64,000 bases of DNA, from IMG/VR virus record IMGVR_UViG_3300029319_000007; one strand, 5' to 3'. The position numbers and the translations under genes were made by a program. The stretch is from a virus. This document shows positions 28,360-38,522 of the stretch, piece after piece; positions within the stretch are counted from its first letter, which is position 1, and each line of letters starts with the position of its first letter. Under the pieces are notes generated by a model, which did no database searches, was not told where the DNA came from, and saw only the letters and a program-made list of their open reading frames with translations.

Positions 28360-29829
28360 TTATGTTATGTCAACATGATGTAATTCATAGTCAAACTCTT
28401 GTTCAGAATAGATGTTTATTCTTTCCATAAAATGATTGAGGGTAAAGTTCTTTCTTTCTTTATATGAAAAGTCATCAGCAATATCATATAAAGTTGCTTT
28501 AGTTTTATCATCACCAAGACGCAACCCACGACCAAGAGACTGTAAAACACGAATTTTAGATTTTGTAGGACTTGCAAATATAACATTATGTAAGTTTCTA
28601 ATATTAATACCAGTAGAAAAAGTTCCATAACTTGCGACAATAATTGCGTTGTTTTCATTTTCTGTAATACTTCTAACTGTTTCTCTATCTTTAGTATCAG
28701 TACCACCATATACAAAAAATAATTTTCTTGTTTGATGATCTAATGTGTCACCTATGAGATCATGTAAAAATCTACCATGTTTCTCTACATATTGAAATAA
28801 AACTAAAGTATTACCTATTTGTGTTTTGGCAAGATTCTTTATAAAGTTATTTCTTTTTTGATGTGTGACTATGTAGTCCATTTCTTCTTGATAGTTTAAA
28901 CGCTTTACATTCATACATTCTTCTTTAGAATATTTTAAAATAAGACATTGTATCTTTAAATCTGCAAGTTGTTCTTTATCTATGAGTTCTCTTGTTGTTG
29001 TGACATTATGAACAGGACCAAATAATCCTTCTAATACTAATTTATGTACTTTACTGTCATCTAAAGTACCAGTCGTGCCAACTCTATATTTTGCATTTAC
29101 ACATGCACTCATAATTTTCTGCAATTCTTTAGATTTGTATAAATGTGCCTCATCACCTATAACACAATCAAATTGTTCAAAGTATTTCTTATCAAAAGTT
29201 GCAAGTGATTGCCATGTTGATATGACAACAGGTTTCTTTTCATCTATTTCATAACCATAATATTTTCTTTGTACATGTTTATCTGGCACCCAACCATAAT
29301 CTTCAAAGTCTTTATACATTTGTTCTACAAGTGAAGTTGTCGGCACAATCAATAAACTTCTTTTTTGTAATGTAGTCATCATTCGAATGATACAATATAT
29401 GATTAAAGACTTACCTGAAGCAGTAGGTGATAGTAAAATACTACGCTCATTTGTAAATGCATGTATAAACGCATTTAATTGATAATCTCGTATTTCTATT
29501 GATTTTGTTAAAATTTTGTTAATAAACTTGGAAAAATCCTCCCTAGCAAGGGCACCAGGGGTTTTTTCCAGACCCTCTAGTGTGATTGTATGTCGTGAAT
29601 TTTCGCAAAAATACTTAACATAGGGTAGCAACCCATGATACAACTTACCTGTTGCTTTTGAAAATAATCTTATTTTGCCGTCCCATCTCTTTGCACGAAC
29701 ACTCGGCATAAAAGAAGAACCAGGTACTTGAAAAGTAAAAAACTCTGATATATCTTGTAAGAGTCCTAAATCTTCACTAGTACACTTAATATAAGATTCA
29801 TTATACTTTGTTATTTTTAATTCGCTCAT
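28360..29829 (-). CDS. uvsW: SF2 DNA helicase UvsW
   Basis: SPTASGKS, GDEAH, GTTGT, QSLGRGLR. Confidence 0.96.
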   Translation of the reverse strand: MSELKITKYNESYIKCTSEDLGLLQDISEFFTFQVPGSSFMPSVRAKRWDGKIRLFSKATGKLYHGLLPYVKYFCENSRHTITLEGLEKTPGALAREDFSKFINKILTKSIEIRDYQLNAFIHAFTNERSILLSPTASGKSLIIYCIIRMMTTLQKRSLLIVPTTSLVEQMYKDFEDYGWVPDKHVQRKYYGYEIDEKKPVVISTWQSLATFDKKYFEQFDCVIGDEAHLYKSKELQKIMSACVNAKYRVGTTGTLDDSKVHKLVLEGLFGPVHNVTTTRELIDKEQLADLKIQCLILKYSKEECMNVKRLNYQEEMDYIVTHQKRNNFIKNLAKTQIGNTLVLFQYVEKHGRFLHDLIGDTLDHQTRKLFFVYGGTDTKDRETVRSITENENNAIIVASYGTFSTGINIRNLHNVIFASPTKSKIRVLQSLGRGLRLGDDKTKATLYDIADDFSYKERKNFTLNHFMERINIYSEQEFDYELHHVDIT

Positions 29830-30625
29830 CTAATTCTTCGTATGATATGTTTGTCCAGTATTTTCTTTCTAGTTCTTCTATTTCAGGTATAGGTTCACCT
29901 ACATGTATAAATTCATGTTCAGTATCGTATTTGTTTAAAAGTCTTTTTGTATGATTAATCCATTTATTAGGGTCAATCGCTTTCGCTTGAGGTCCTAGAT
30001 AACCTGTTGAACCTTTGTAAATGTTGTTTACTTGTTTTGATTTCGAATGATAATCGTATCCTATCAGATATATCTTTTTGTCTACATCTGCTGCCATTAA
30101 TGCAATCAAAACACCTGCGTTTGTCTTCTCGTCTTGATACTTGCCCAAACCCATTACCTTGTCTTTCTTCTTTGTCCATGTTATTTTATATCCTTCTTGA
30201 TCTTTACCAAAGTGTAATTTAAAATCATCTTCATGCCAGTCTTTATTCTTATCTCTAAACTCTTTCATTAAGTCAACATTGTTTGCCCAACACACAAAAA
30301 ATCTTTTCTTTTCACCCGGCCATTCATGTTCGTCTGTGTATTCATTTGGGTCTACATCACCTATAAATTTTTTGACTGTTTCAGGATAAAATAATTTATC
30401 ATATAAAGTATGAGGGTTTTTTGACCATTGTTTTAAGTAAACAGGATTTTCAAAAGCATAACCACTACGATATATTTCATGACATATATTGTAATCCATG
30501 GCAACTAATACATCAGGTGTAAAATCTCGATACAAACCATTACAACCATATATTTTACCAAACTGTCTTAATCTTTCTAAATTAAAGTCTTTTCTACTTT
30601 CACCATTGCCTATACAAAAAATCAT
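29801..30625 (-). CDS. Hypothetical protein with glycosyltransferase/Maf-like Rossmann N-terminus
   Basis: CIGNGESR...YGCN..YRDF.PD.LVAMD and IYLIGYDY motifs. Confidence 0.55.
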   Translation of the reverse strand: MIFCIGNGESRKDFNLERLRQFGKIYGCNGLYRDFTPDVLVAMDYNICHEIYRSGYAFENPVYLKQWSKNPHTLYDKLFYPETVKKFIGDVDPNEYTDEHEWPGEKKRFFVCWANNVDLMKEFRDKNKDWHEDDFKLHFGKDQEGYKITWTKKKDKVMGLGKYQDEKTNAGVLIALMAADVDKKIYLIGYDYHSKSKQVNNIYKGSTGYLGPQAKAIDPNKWINHTKRLLNKYDTEHEFIHVGEPIPEIEELERKYWTNISYEELDERIKNNKV

Positions 30626-31131
30626 CTATACACCTCGTAGTTTATGTTTATGTTTATCTTTGCTGAATGATCAGTTTGACTAACTGATCTGTGTGGTAGG
30701 TCACCATCAAATATTATCGCATTATTCTCAACTGCATTAAATATAGTGCCATTTTCAAATTCTGTATAACCATTGTTTGTATTGATTGATAATAATAATA
30801 CTTTGTGTTTTGCGTTTTGATCTATATGAAATGCACTTTTGAAAGGTTCATTTTGATAAGGATATAAATTAACTTTTGATCTAATTACTCTTATTATTCT
30901 ATGTTCTTCACCTAATCTATTAATAATAGGTTGCATAATCATATGATGTAATTTAGGGTCTGATACTTTTTCATATTTAACAATTAACATGTGTGTAAGT
31001 AAACTACCTAGTGTTATATCTTCTGCTGTTCCTACATGCTCTTGTCTATAAAACGGAAAATTAGAAGACATTAATAAGTCTTGTATTTCTTTGAAATAAT
31101 TTTCAGATAAAAAATTTTCTATTTGTTTCAT
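30622..31131 (-). CDS. 2OG-Fe(II) oxygenase-like protein
   Basis: FHID...NGYT.F...N..IIFDG..PH. Confidence 0.7.
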   Translation of the reverse strand: MKQIENFLSENYFKEIQDLLMSSNFPFYRQEHVGTAEDITLGSLLTHMLIVKYEKVSDPKLHHMIMQPIINRLGEEHRIIRVIRSKVNLYPYQNEPFKSAFHIDQNAKHKVLLLSINTNNGYTEFENGTIFNAVENNAIIFDGDLPHRSVSQTDHSAKINININYEVYR

Positions 31132-31271
31132 TTTTTAAACATCTTCGAAACTACCTTAATAGGATTTCTCAATGCCTCATATACTTTCCATATCTTATCA
31201 ATATGAATATCTAATTTTTTATTAAGATCATCTATCTTTTTTTCTATGCGTTTTAAATCTTCTTTACTCAT
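31128..31271 (-). CDS. Small coiled-coil protein (47 aa, MSKEDLKRIEKKIDDLNKKL...), absent from the ORF track
   Basis: Translated by hand; start overlaps the uvsY stop and stop overlaps the next ATG. Confidence 0.7.
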   Translation of the reverse strand: MSKEDLKRIEKKIDDLNKKLDIHIDKIWKVYEALRNPIKVVSKMFKK

Positions 31272-31699
31272 TACATACTGCCCATAGTAAACTTTTTCCA
31301 TTCTATTGCATTTTTAATTTGAAATGTGCGATTGTTTATTTGTTTTAGTGTGCTTTCACAATAGTGACATATCTGTTTAAGATATTCTATCTTTTGTCTT
31401 AGTTTAATTATCTCATCATCACTATCAATAAACTTATCTACATCTTGTCGTAATACTTTTAGATCAAAGTTTTTTTCTTTGTATTCTTCAGGTTCTGCTT
31501 TACCTGTAAAAAACAACCATTTTTTTATGTGTAGTTTAGAATAGTCACCCTCTGCCTTTTTTAACATGAGAGCATATGTTGAATATGTTTTTAGATATTG
31601 AGAATGTAGTTGTGGTGTCTTTAGACTTTCTAAGTCTAATTCAGTATCGTCTATCTTCAAATCTTTTTCGGCCTGCGCCTGTAGTTCATCAAGTGTCAT
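31271..31699 (-). CDS. uvsY: Recombination mediator UvsY
   Basis: DLKID...ESL..P.LHS.YL, R.FQIKNAIEW.KF. Confidence 0.92.
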   Translation of the reverse strand: MTLDELQAQAEKDLKIDDTELDLESLKTPQLHSQYLKTYSTYALMLKKAEGDYSKLHIKKWLFFTGKAEPEEYKEKNFDLKVLRQDVDKFIDSDDEIIKLRQKIEYLKQICHYCESTLKQINNRTFQIKNAIEWKKFTMGSM

Positions 31700-31728
31700 A
31701 ATTTAATCCTTATATAATATATAGTAGT

Positions 31729-32328
31729 CTAAAACGGAGTAGTATATTCGTGTAGTTTATATCCGAATGAGACTGTGGCAAGTAAATACTCTATATCAGT
31801 TGCATTTTGATTGTATTCTAACGCTGACAATGTTTTAGGATAACAATCTCTAAATGTCACTTCTACTAGAGGTGTATTACGAGCAGATAATATAATTAAC
31901 TTACTATCAGAAAATATCGCACCATCAGGTGTTGCTGATGTAGTTCTACCTGCGTCTTGTAAATTGTTTTGTTGTGACAATGGCATTCTATCATTGCCAC
32001 TAGCAATCAATTCTCTATATTTGTCGTCACTATCAACTTGTGAAAGACCTGCCATCCAGTCATGCACACTACGATAGTTTGTTAAATCTTCATCAACAAT
32101 AAAAGATATAGTTAAATCTTCAAATGTTAAATCATTACCTGGTATTCTTATAGGCATAAGTCTAGTAGGTTGTTGTATTTCTGCAAGTGATACACCTGGT
32201 ATATTTGCTGTAATACAATTAAACTCTACTCTAGGTAATTTTGTTGTTTGAAATCTAAACTTAGTAGGATCTGAATAGTCTAATCCTGTGCCTGTTGCTT
32301 GTTTACTTGCTAATGTTGTTTCTGTCAT
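31729..32328 (-). CDS. gp3: Tail tube terminator/completion protein
   Basis: ANIPGVSL, LTFEDL...FIVDEDL.NY...HDW, F..CYP..LS; follows gp23. Confidence 0.85.
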   Translation of the reverse strand: MTETTLASKQATGTGLDYSDPTKFRFQTTKLPRVEFNCITANIPGVSLAEIQQPTRLMPIRIPGNDLTFEDLTISFIVDEDLTNYRSVHDWMAGLSQVDSDDKYRELIASGNDRMPLSQQNNLQDAGRTTSATPDGAIFSDSKLIILSARNTPLVEVTFRDCYPKTLSALEYNQNATDIEYLLATVSFGYKLHEYTTPF

Positions 32329-32333
32329 ATTAG

Positions 32334-32372
32334 TATTTATGCATAAAAAAAGGGGGCATAAACGCCCCCTCT
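32334..32372 (-). terminator. gp23 terminator followed by late promoter CATAAATA
   Basis: AGGGGGC..GCCCCCT hairpin with T-tract; CATAAATA at 32341-32334. Confidence 0.85.
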
Positions 32373-32399
32373 CTTAATTCTCGTTGTATAAACGATCTC

Positions 32400-33665
32400 T
32401 TACATAAGGTTAGATACTTTAACCATTCTGTAATAGATGTTTGCTTGATCAGTTCCAGTATCAGAAGCTTGAGCAGATGATTCTGCAAATGGGTTTCTGA
32501 TTAAACCATATCTAGTTTTGAAACCAATTTTTGGTTGGAATGTATCTTCTCCAACTGCTCTCACCATTTGTAGTGGAACATATGGGCAATAGAACATACC
32601 AGCGTCATAAGGTGAAGTACCTTTATAACCTACAACATAGTATTGAGCAGCAGTATTGTTTGACGCATATGGGTCAATATATACTTTGTATCTGCCGTTT
32701 AGAGTACCAGCAAAAGTATTACCAGTATCATCTACATTGAGATTATTGTTAAGAGCAGGAGCGTAATCTAATACACCCGCCATTTGTAGAGCAGAAGCAA
32801 CATCAGAAGAACAAATAATGATATTACCTTTTCCTCTTCTTGTTTCTTGTGCGATTACATTAGCGTCTCTCTCAACTTGGAACATTAACCCTTTGAACTT
32901 CTCAACTGACCAACGACCGTTTGAATCTGTGTCAAGGTCAAAAGTACCTGAAGTTGTTGTGTTAATGTTAGCACCTTTTTTCGCTTTTTCGTAAATTGTT
33001 CTTACTACTTCTCTGTTGATCTCTGCAAGGATCTCAGCAGACAAGATGTTTGCTAATTCAGTTTCAGCGTCTAAACCGTGGATTGCTTTTAAGTCTTGAG
33101 CAAGTTCCATTGTGTATTCTGCTTTTAACTGTCTAGTTTTAGCAGTCACAGTAGATTTCTCAATACTGAAAGCCATCTCAGCGAAAGATGAACTTGCTTC
33201 AGCAGTTGCTGTTGCAATACCAGTACCAGCGGTTACACTAGTAGTAGTATCGTTCATTAACCCTGGATTTAGGGACGCACTATGTGTACCAGTTCCAGAG
33301 AAATCTGAATCTGCTTCGTTGAATAGTGCTTCTGTGCCTGAGTTTGAAGTAAATCTGGACTTCATTGCAAAGATAAGACCAGTTGGTCCTGTCATTGGTT
33401 GAACGCCACAGATGTCGTATGCGATAAGATTTGGCATCGCTCTTCTTACAAGTGAGATTAGGATTGGATCCCAATTCGCAACAGCAGCGTCACCTGTTAT
33501 GTTTGCAATCTCACCCAAGAATGCTTTGTCTTCTTTCGCAGCCTTTTCTTGGTTTTCAAGAATAACGGAAGTCACGGCTCTTTTGTAAGGGTTATCTATT
33601 TTTGGTAGATCCGCATGCTCAAGTACCGGAGCCCATTTTTCCTGTAAGTTTTGTGAATTAAACAT
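32400..33665 (-). CDS. gp23: Major capsid protein
   Basis: GVQPMTGPTGLIFAM, LKAEYTMELAQDLKAIHGLDAE, YCPYVPL, FQPKIGFKTRYG. Confidence 0.99.
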   Translation of the reverse strand: MFNSQNLQEKWAPVLEHADLPKIDNPYKRAVTSVILENQEKAAKEDKAFLGEIANITGDAAVANWDPILISLVRRAMPNLIAYDICGVQPMTGPTGLIFAMKSRFTSNSGTEALFNEADSDFSGTGTHSASLNPGLMNDTTTSVTAGTGIATATAEASSSFAEMAFSIEKSTVTAKTRQLKAEYTMELAQDLKAIHGLDAETELANILSAEILAEINREVVRTIYEKAKKGANINTTTSGTFDLDTDSNGRWSVEKFKGLMFQVERDANVIAQETRRGKGNIIICSSDVASALQMAGVLDYAPALNNNLNVDDTGNTFAGTLNGRYKVYIDPYASNNTAAQYYVVGYKGTSPYDAGMFYCPYVPLQMVRAVGEDTFQPKIGFKTRYGLIRNPFAESSAQASDTGTDQANIYYRMVKVSNLM

Positions 33666-33689
33666 TATGTTTATCTCTCCTTATAGTTA

Positions 33690-34967
33690 TTAATTTCCGT
33701 AGATATCTCTACTTTTTCCCCTACTGATTGCAGCCGTATAGCGTGCCATTGAATCTGACAAATCTGCTACTATGTTACCATCATTGGAATCTTGGTTTAC
33801 TGTATCAACATTTTCTGTTGATTCTGGTGCTTTTGCTTGACCAAAATAACTTTCTTTAATTGTTGAAAGTTTTTTCTTATATGCGTCTGCACCTTCGAAT
33901 GCTACATCTTCTACTAAAGATTTCATCTTTTCTTTTTCAGTATCAGCCATTCCTTCTACTGCTTCTTCAAAGATTTCGTCTTTTGTGTAACCTTCGATTA
34001 ACTTTTTGTCTTCGATAGACTTCTCTGTCATTTCATTGACTTTAGATTTCATATCTTCCAGTTCTTTTTCTTTTGCTTCTAGAACATCATACTTTTCATC
34101 TGGAACATCAATGTAATGATCTTCGAATAGTTGTTTTAGACCTCCGATAAAGTCTTCAGCGATTTCTCCCTTAATACCTTTTTCGATTGCTAATTCGTTG
34201 TCAGTCATCCATTGTTCTACAACATAGTTTAGATAATTGTCAACTTTAACTGTTAAGTCTTCTTTAACTTGTTCTTTTGCTTCAGTCATTTCACTTTCGT
34301 ATTCACCCTCTAATCTTACGATTTCAGATTTTACTTTTGACTTGACTGCTGCTTCAAAGATAGTTGCTGCTTTAGTCTTAAACTCTTCCGATAATGAATC
34401 ATCACCAGAAACAAGAGCGTTAACATCATCTGAAACATCAATAGATTTTACTCTATTTTCTACTGCTTCTTTATTAACTTTCTTATCTTCTGCTTCTTCT
34501 TCTTTATCGTGACTGTCTTCATCATGATTTTTCATTGCTGACATCATTTTGTTATATGAAGCAGCAATATCTGCTTTCTTCATTTTACTCATTTCGTCAT
34601 ACATTGCTTGAATCATACCAGACTTAGTTTTAGGCATTTCTGCTTCTTTAACTATCTCTTTATCGTCTTCCGCTTCATTACCTTCTGCTTTCATGTGCTT
34701 ATCAGCAGCAAGTTTTTGCATAGGTTCTGGTGCAGCGGCACCTTTCGTAGGCGCTGAAGTGTCTTTTTTCACCTTTTTAGCGGCAACATCTGTTGGTGAA
34801 GATTTTGCGTCAGGACTAACTACTGCTGCCCCACCGTCTTCTTTTTCACCATCAACTTTACCCATAGGATCTGCTTTACCTGCACCCTTAGTAGGTGCGT
34901 TAGCGACTTCTTCAACTCCCTGAGGAGTTTCAACGATATCATTTTCGTTTTTGATTTCGTCTGTCAT
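33690..34967 (-). CDS. gp22: Prohead core scaffold protein
   Basis: LSEEFK.KA.TIFEAAV, YLNYVVEQW; synteny. Confidence 0.93.
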   Translation of the reverse strand: MTDEIKNENDIVETPQGVEEVANAPTKGAGKADPMGKVDGEKEDGGAAVVSPDAKSSPTDVAAKKVKKDTSAPTKGAAAPEPMQKLAADKHMKAEGNEAEDDKEIVKEAEMPKTKSGMIQAMYDEMSKMKKADIAASYNKMMSAMKNHDEDSHDKEEEAEDKKVNKEAVENRVKSIDVSDDVNALVSGDDSLSEEFKTKAATIFEAAVKSKVKSEIVRLEGEYESEMTEAKEQVKEDLTVKVDNYLNYVVEQWMTDNELAIEKGIKGEIAEDFIGGLKQLFEDHYIDVPDEKYDVLEAKEKELEDMKSKVNEMTEKSIEDKKLIEGYTKDEIFEEAVEGMADTEKEKMKSLVEDVAFEGADAYKKKLSTIKESYFGQAKAPESTENVDTVNQDSNDGNIVADLSDSMARYTAAISRGKSRDIYGN

Positions 34968-35016
34968 TTGTGTATCTCTCCTAATTTGATATCAAATTTT
35001 TGCGTATAACTATTTA

Positions 35017-35673
35017 TTATTTTGTTAGTTTTCGCATAAAGTTTTCAAAAGCATGTGCCTCTGTTTTTGCTTTACGCTGTCTAGTTTCACGCTCAATTTG
35101 TTCTTGGATTTCAGAAACATCTTGTTCTTTAATGATTCCGTTGTCCCAAACCCATTCTTTACCTTCCATTACGCCATTGACGAATGCTTGAGGTGCTGAA
35201 GGATCTGCGACAATGTCAGCGGCAGTCGCTAAGTAAAAGTCTGATTTTACATAATTTGTGCCACCTTTATTCTCTAGAGTACCCATGCCTCTAGAAGAAA
35301 CTCCTAATTGTGCGCCTTCGTCTATTAAAGACTTGACGATTTTACCGTAAGGCGTATCAGTAATCTTTGCTTCACCTATATAATTACCTTTATTATCAGG
35401 TTCTAATCTAGTGATTATATGTGATACTCTCTCTAAGTTTACAGTCGGTCCATCAGGATGCCCTAATTCACCAAATGCTCTCTTACGATCTATAAATTCT
35501 TTTCTATAACGACCAACTTCTTTGTCTAGAACTTCCATAGGGTAAACACGACCATTTCTGTTTTTGATGTTCGCTTGCATAAAAATACCACGAATGTAGT
35601 GTTTTTTACTGCCATCACCCTTGTCCTCAACAATGTATTGACAATCGTTGATTTCTTCTCTTATTAGTTTCAT
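35017..35673 (-). CDS. gp21: Prohead protease
   Basis: NRNGRVYP, GELGHP, GVSSRGMG, DIVADPSAP. Confidence 0.97.
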   Translation of the reverse strand: MKLIREEINDCQYIVEDKGDGSKKHYIRGIFMQANIKNRNGRVYPMEVLDKEVGRYRKEFIDRKRAFGELGHPDGPTVNLERVSHIITRLEPDNKGNYIGEAKITDTPYGKIVKSLIDEGAQLGVSSRGMGTLENKGGTNYVKSDFYLATAADIVADPSAPQAFVNGVMEGKEWVWDNGIIKEQDVSEIQEQIERETRQRKAKTEAHAFENFMRKLTK

Positions 35674-35707
35674 TTAACTGTCCCCTATGCGTATTGTATT
35701 ATTTATC

Positions 35708-36094
35708 TTACCTAACTTCTAAAATGACAGTATAACTGTCACCTGATACGAAATTATGCGTACTAAACAATATGTCTCCTGTTGGCGATGTAGCATTATT
35801 TGCTATCTGTATCGCCGGTGTTTGTAAATCTATTGTGCCTGAACCACCTAAAAACAATGCTGACGCATTAGTTGATCCGTCAAATAAGATTTCAACGGAC
35901 CCTTTTGGGTCCGTTGTGTTGATACTATAAATTACTCTTGCAATCTTTGTACTTGATGACGCATGATTTAATGCACTTGCGTCAACCTTTGTCACAAGAC
36001 TTTCTCCTGTGCCATCACTTTTGTTTGTGAACTTCATAACGGTTTTAGAACCGCTTACATCAGATATTGTTTGACTTGTTACCGTATCAGCCAT
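35708..36094 (-). CDS. Putative virion structural protein (paralogue of 36094-36498)
   Basis: VDASAL...TGDIL motifs shared with its neighbour; lies in the head operon. Confidence 0.7.
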   Translation of the reverse strand: MADTVTSQTISDVSGSKTVMKFTNKSDGTGESLVTKVDASALNHASSSTKIARVIYSINTTDPKGSVEILFDGSTNASALFLGGSGTIDLQTPAIQIANNATSPTGDILFSTHNFVSGDSYTVILEVR

Positions 36095-36498
36095 TATCTT
36101 GTTTGTCCTGAAGCGTCATAACCTTTTGATTTAGTGACTTCGATTATAAATGTACCTGTCACAGCACTTGAGTTAGTGATAAGTATATCGCCAGTCACAC
36201 CTGTACTTTCTGGATTAGTGATCAATGGTTGTTTACCATGAAAACCATACTCACCAGAACCATGTACTGATATTGCGTGATCATCTGTGCCTGCGTCAAA
36301 CAAAAATGTCACATCACTTGTTAATGCTGTTGTGTTCCATTTAATACTTTTTATGTGTAGTGTTGGGTTAGACGAATGCCCTCTTAATGCACTTGCGTCA
36401 ACACACACTACTGCTGAATTTGTGTCGTTATTGATTTCGAACATTCTTACTGTTCTAGTTGCACTATCGACTAAGTTTCTTGCGTTTACTATTGCCAT
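36094..36498 (-). CDS. Putative virion structural protein (paralogue of 35708-36094)
   Basis: VDASAL...TGDIL; GGAG SD. Confidence 0.7.
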   Translation of the reverse strand: MAIVNARNLVDSATRTVRMFEINNDTNSAVVCVDASALRGHSSNPTLHIKSIKWNTTALTSDVTFLFDAGTDDHAISVHGSGEYGFHGKQPLITNPESTGVTGDILITNSSAVTGTFIIEVTKSKGYDASGQTR

Positions 36499-36510
36499 TT
36501 TTACTCTCCT

Positions 36511-36762
36511 TTATATGGTTAGACCTGTTTCTTTTGCGAAATAGGTTTCAATGTCTTTTGGTTGTACTCTATATTTTTTCGCTACATCTCTCATAACTTT
36601 AGGAAATGTAGTTAAAACTTTTTGTGGTGTTTTTGCCATCATAGCAAAAACATCATCAACTGCCTTCTTTGTCTTAGGCGCCAGTTTTTTATAAGTTAAA
36701 GACCTTTTGTGTTCGTCTTTTTCTTTAATTGTCGATCTCAACTGGTTCAGCGTTATCGCCAT
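36511..36762 (-). CDS. Small prohead-core-region protein
   Basis: 83-aa ORF between gp20 and gp21 (T4 gp67/gp68 position). Confidence 0.6.
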   Translation of the reverse strand: MAITLNQLRSTIKEKDEHKRSLTYKKLAPKTKKAVDDVFAMMAKTPQKVLTTFPKVMRDVAKKYRVQPKDIETYFAKETGLTI

Positions 36763-36931
36763 CTTTCGCCTCTGGTTCTTTTGTTAATATAGTGCCTGCT
36801 AAATCTTTTCTTTTAGTATCTAACTCAGCACCTACTTTGTCTGACAAAGCAGACTTAAATTCTTTTTCTGCTTCTACATTATCGCCTTTATCTAAAGCGT
36901 TAATCATGTTTCTTGTATTCTCAATACTCAT
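36725..36931 (-). CDS. gp67-like prohead core protein
   Basis: 68 aa directly after the portal gene; MINAL..GD...A...F..AL..K. Confidence 0.6.
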   Translation of the reverse strand: MSIENTRNMINALDKGDNVEAEKEFKSALSDKVGAELDTKRKDLAGTILTKEPEAKDGDNAEPVEIDN

Positions 36932-38466
36932 TAAAATCCTCCGTCATCTTGTTTTTCACTAGGGTCAGGTAATATGCCTGACGATATTTCATCTTTGATT
37001 TTTTCTTTTTCTTCTTCTACCTCAGCGTCTGTCATTTTAAGTATTCGTTTCATAACGAAATCTTTTGAATATACATCGCCTAACATACCACTCTCTTTAA
37101 TACTTCTAAAGATTTCCATTCTTTCTTTGAGCATTTCACTTTCTTTTATTTCTGCGAAATAACCGTCATTTACATAGTGATATTTAATTGTTTGAGATAG
37201 ATTGTTTTCCCAATCCTCGATAGTCACAATACCTTTGAGAATAAGTTGTGTTTTGAGTAGATCATGAAATAAAGTATTGAATCTATTTCTTAATCTAGAA
37301 ACAAATTTTGTGAACTTTAATTCATCACGATTTATCTCAGTTGATCTACCTAACTGTAATCCACCTGCTGCTTCACTATCTAATCTAGAATAAGGCACAT
37401 TTAGAGATTGATATAACTTTTTTTGAAAGTATTTTATATCATCTATCTCACCTAGATTTGAACCACCAGGTAGTGTAGTTATTTCAGTACCTCGACCTCC
37501 TTCTCGTCTTGGTAACCAAAAATCTTCTAACATACTCATATATTTTCTATCGTCTCTAATTTCACCAGTAGAGGCGTCATATACAAGTTTGTTTCTATAT
37601 CTGTTCATTACATCTTTGAGATATTGTTCTGCCTTTATTTTAGGTAGATTACCTACATCAATGTAAAATATTCTTCTTTCAGGTGCTCTTGATATACGAT
37701 AGATAACAATACTATCTTCAATCATACGCAACTGATTAACTGGTTTGATTGCCTTATGTAGATATGATAAGATTAAATTTTTTTGTTGATCTACAAGACC
37801 ACTAGGACAAAATGCAATTGAATCTTTTGCAATCTTTAATCCTGTAGTCGCACTTGCGGCAGGTTGTACACCTTTTTCGTTGTAAATAAAAAATTCTTCA
37901 AACTCTACTGCACCAGGTTTGTTTGGGTCTTTAGGTGCAAACTCACCACCAGGTTTTGATTTTGGTGCTCTTACTTTTTTAATTTTTCTTGGGTCGATAT
38001 ATCGTAATTCAGTTATACCTTTTTTAACATCTTTAGGGTCTATTATTTTATGATAAACTATTCTACCATCAACATACCATCTACGAAATATATCATGACC
38101 TTTTTGTTCAAACTCTAATAGTCTTACTATATTTTTAAACTCGTCTTGTATTCTTTTTCTAATTCCTGCTGAGAATGGCACTTCATCAAGTGATAGTTTT
38201 ACTACCTCTTGTGTGTCGTCAACAACAATTGATTCGTTAATAATATCTTCGACTGCCATATCACACTCTGGGTGCATAGCAATTTCTCTATATCTACGAA
38301 TTAAATCTGCTTCGTTATTTACTTTTCCTTCGATATCAAGATAGGTCCCATAATGACCACCACCCATAATAGTCTGTGTACCGTCATCTGGTGTTGGTGC
38401 GGTAAATTGTTGACTATTAGGTTTAGTATCTTTTCTCTTGATCTCAAAACCAAATATTTCTGCCAC
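36931..38466 (-). CDS. gp20: Portal protein
   Basis: WYVDGR, YRISRAPERRIFYIDVGNLP, EDFWLPRREGGRGTEI; GTG start. Confidence 0.98.
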   Translation of the reverse strand: MAEIFGFEIKRKDTKPNSQQFTAPTPDDGTQTIMGGGHYGTYLDIEGKVNNEADLIRRYREIAMHPECDMAVEDIINESIVVDDTQEVVKLSLDEVPFSAGIRKRIQDEFKNIVRLLEFEQKGHDIFRRWYVDGRIVYHKIIDPKDVKKGITELRYIDPRKIKKVRAPKSKPGGEFAPKDPNKPGAVEFEEFFIYNEKGVQPAASATTGLKIAKDSIAFCPSGLVDQQKNLILSYLHKAIKPVNQLRMIEDSIVIYRISRAPERRIFYIDVGNLPKIKAEQYLKDVMNRYRNKLVYDASTGEIRDDRKYMSMLEDFWLPRREGGRGTEITTLPGGSNLGEIDDIKYFQKKLYQSLNVPYSRLDSEAAGGLQLGRSTEINRDELKFTKFVSRLRNRFNTLFHDLLKTQLILKGIVTIEDWENNLSQTIKYHYVNDGYFAEIKESEMLKERMEIFRSIKESGMLGDVYSKDFVMKRILKMTDAEVEEEKEKIKDEISSGILPDPSEKQDDGGF

Positions 38467-38491
38467 TACTTTTTTCTCCTTTATATTATAT

Positions 38492-38518
38492 AGGGGGTCA
38501 AAAAGACCCCCTTTTTAT
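38492..38518. terminator. GC-rich hairpin between gp19 and gp20 (T-tract on the + strand side)
   Basis: AGGGGGTC-AAAAA-GACCCCCT followed by TTTTATT. Confidence 0.6.
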
Positions 38519-38522
38519 TCAC

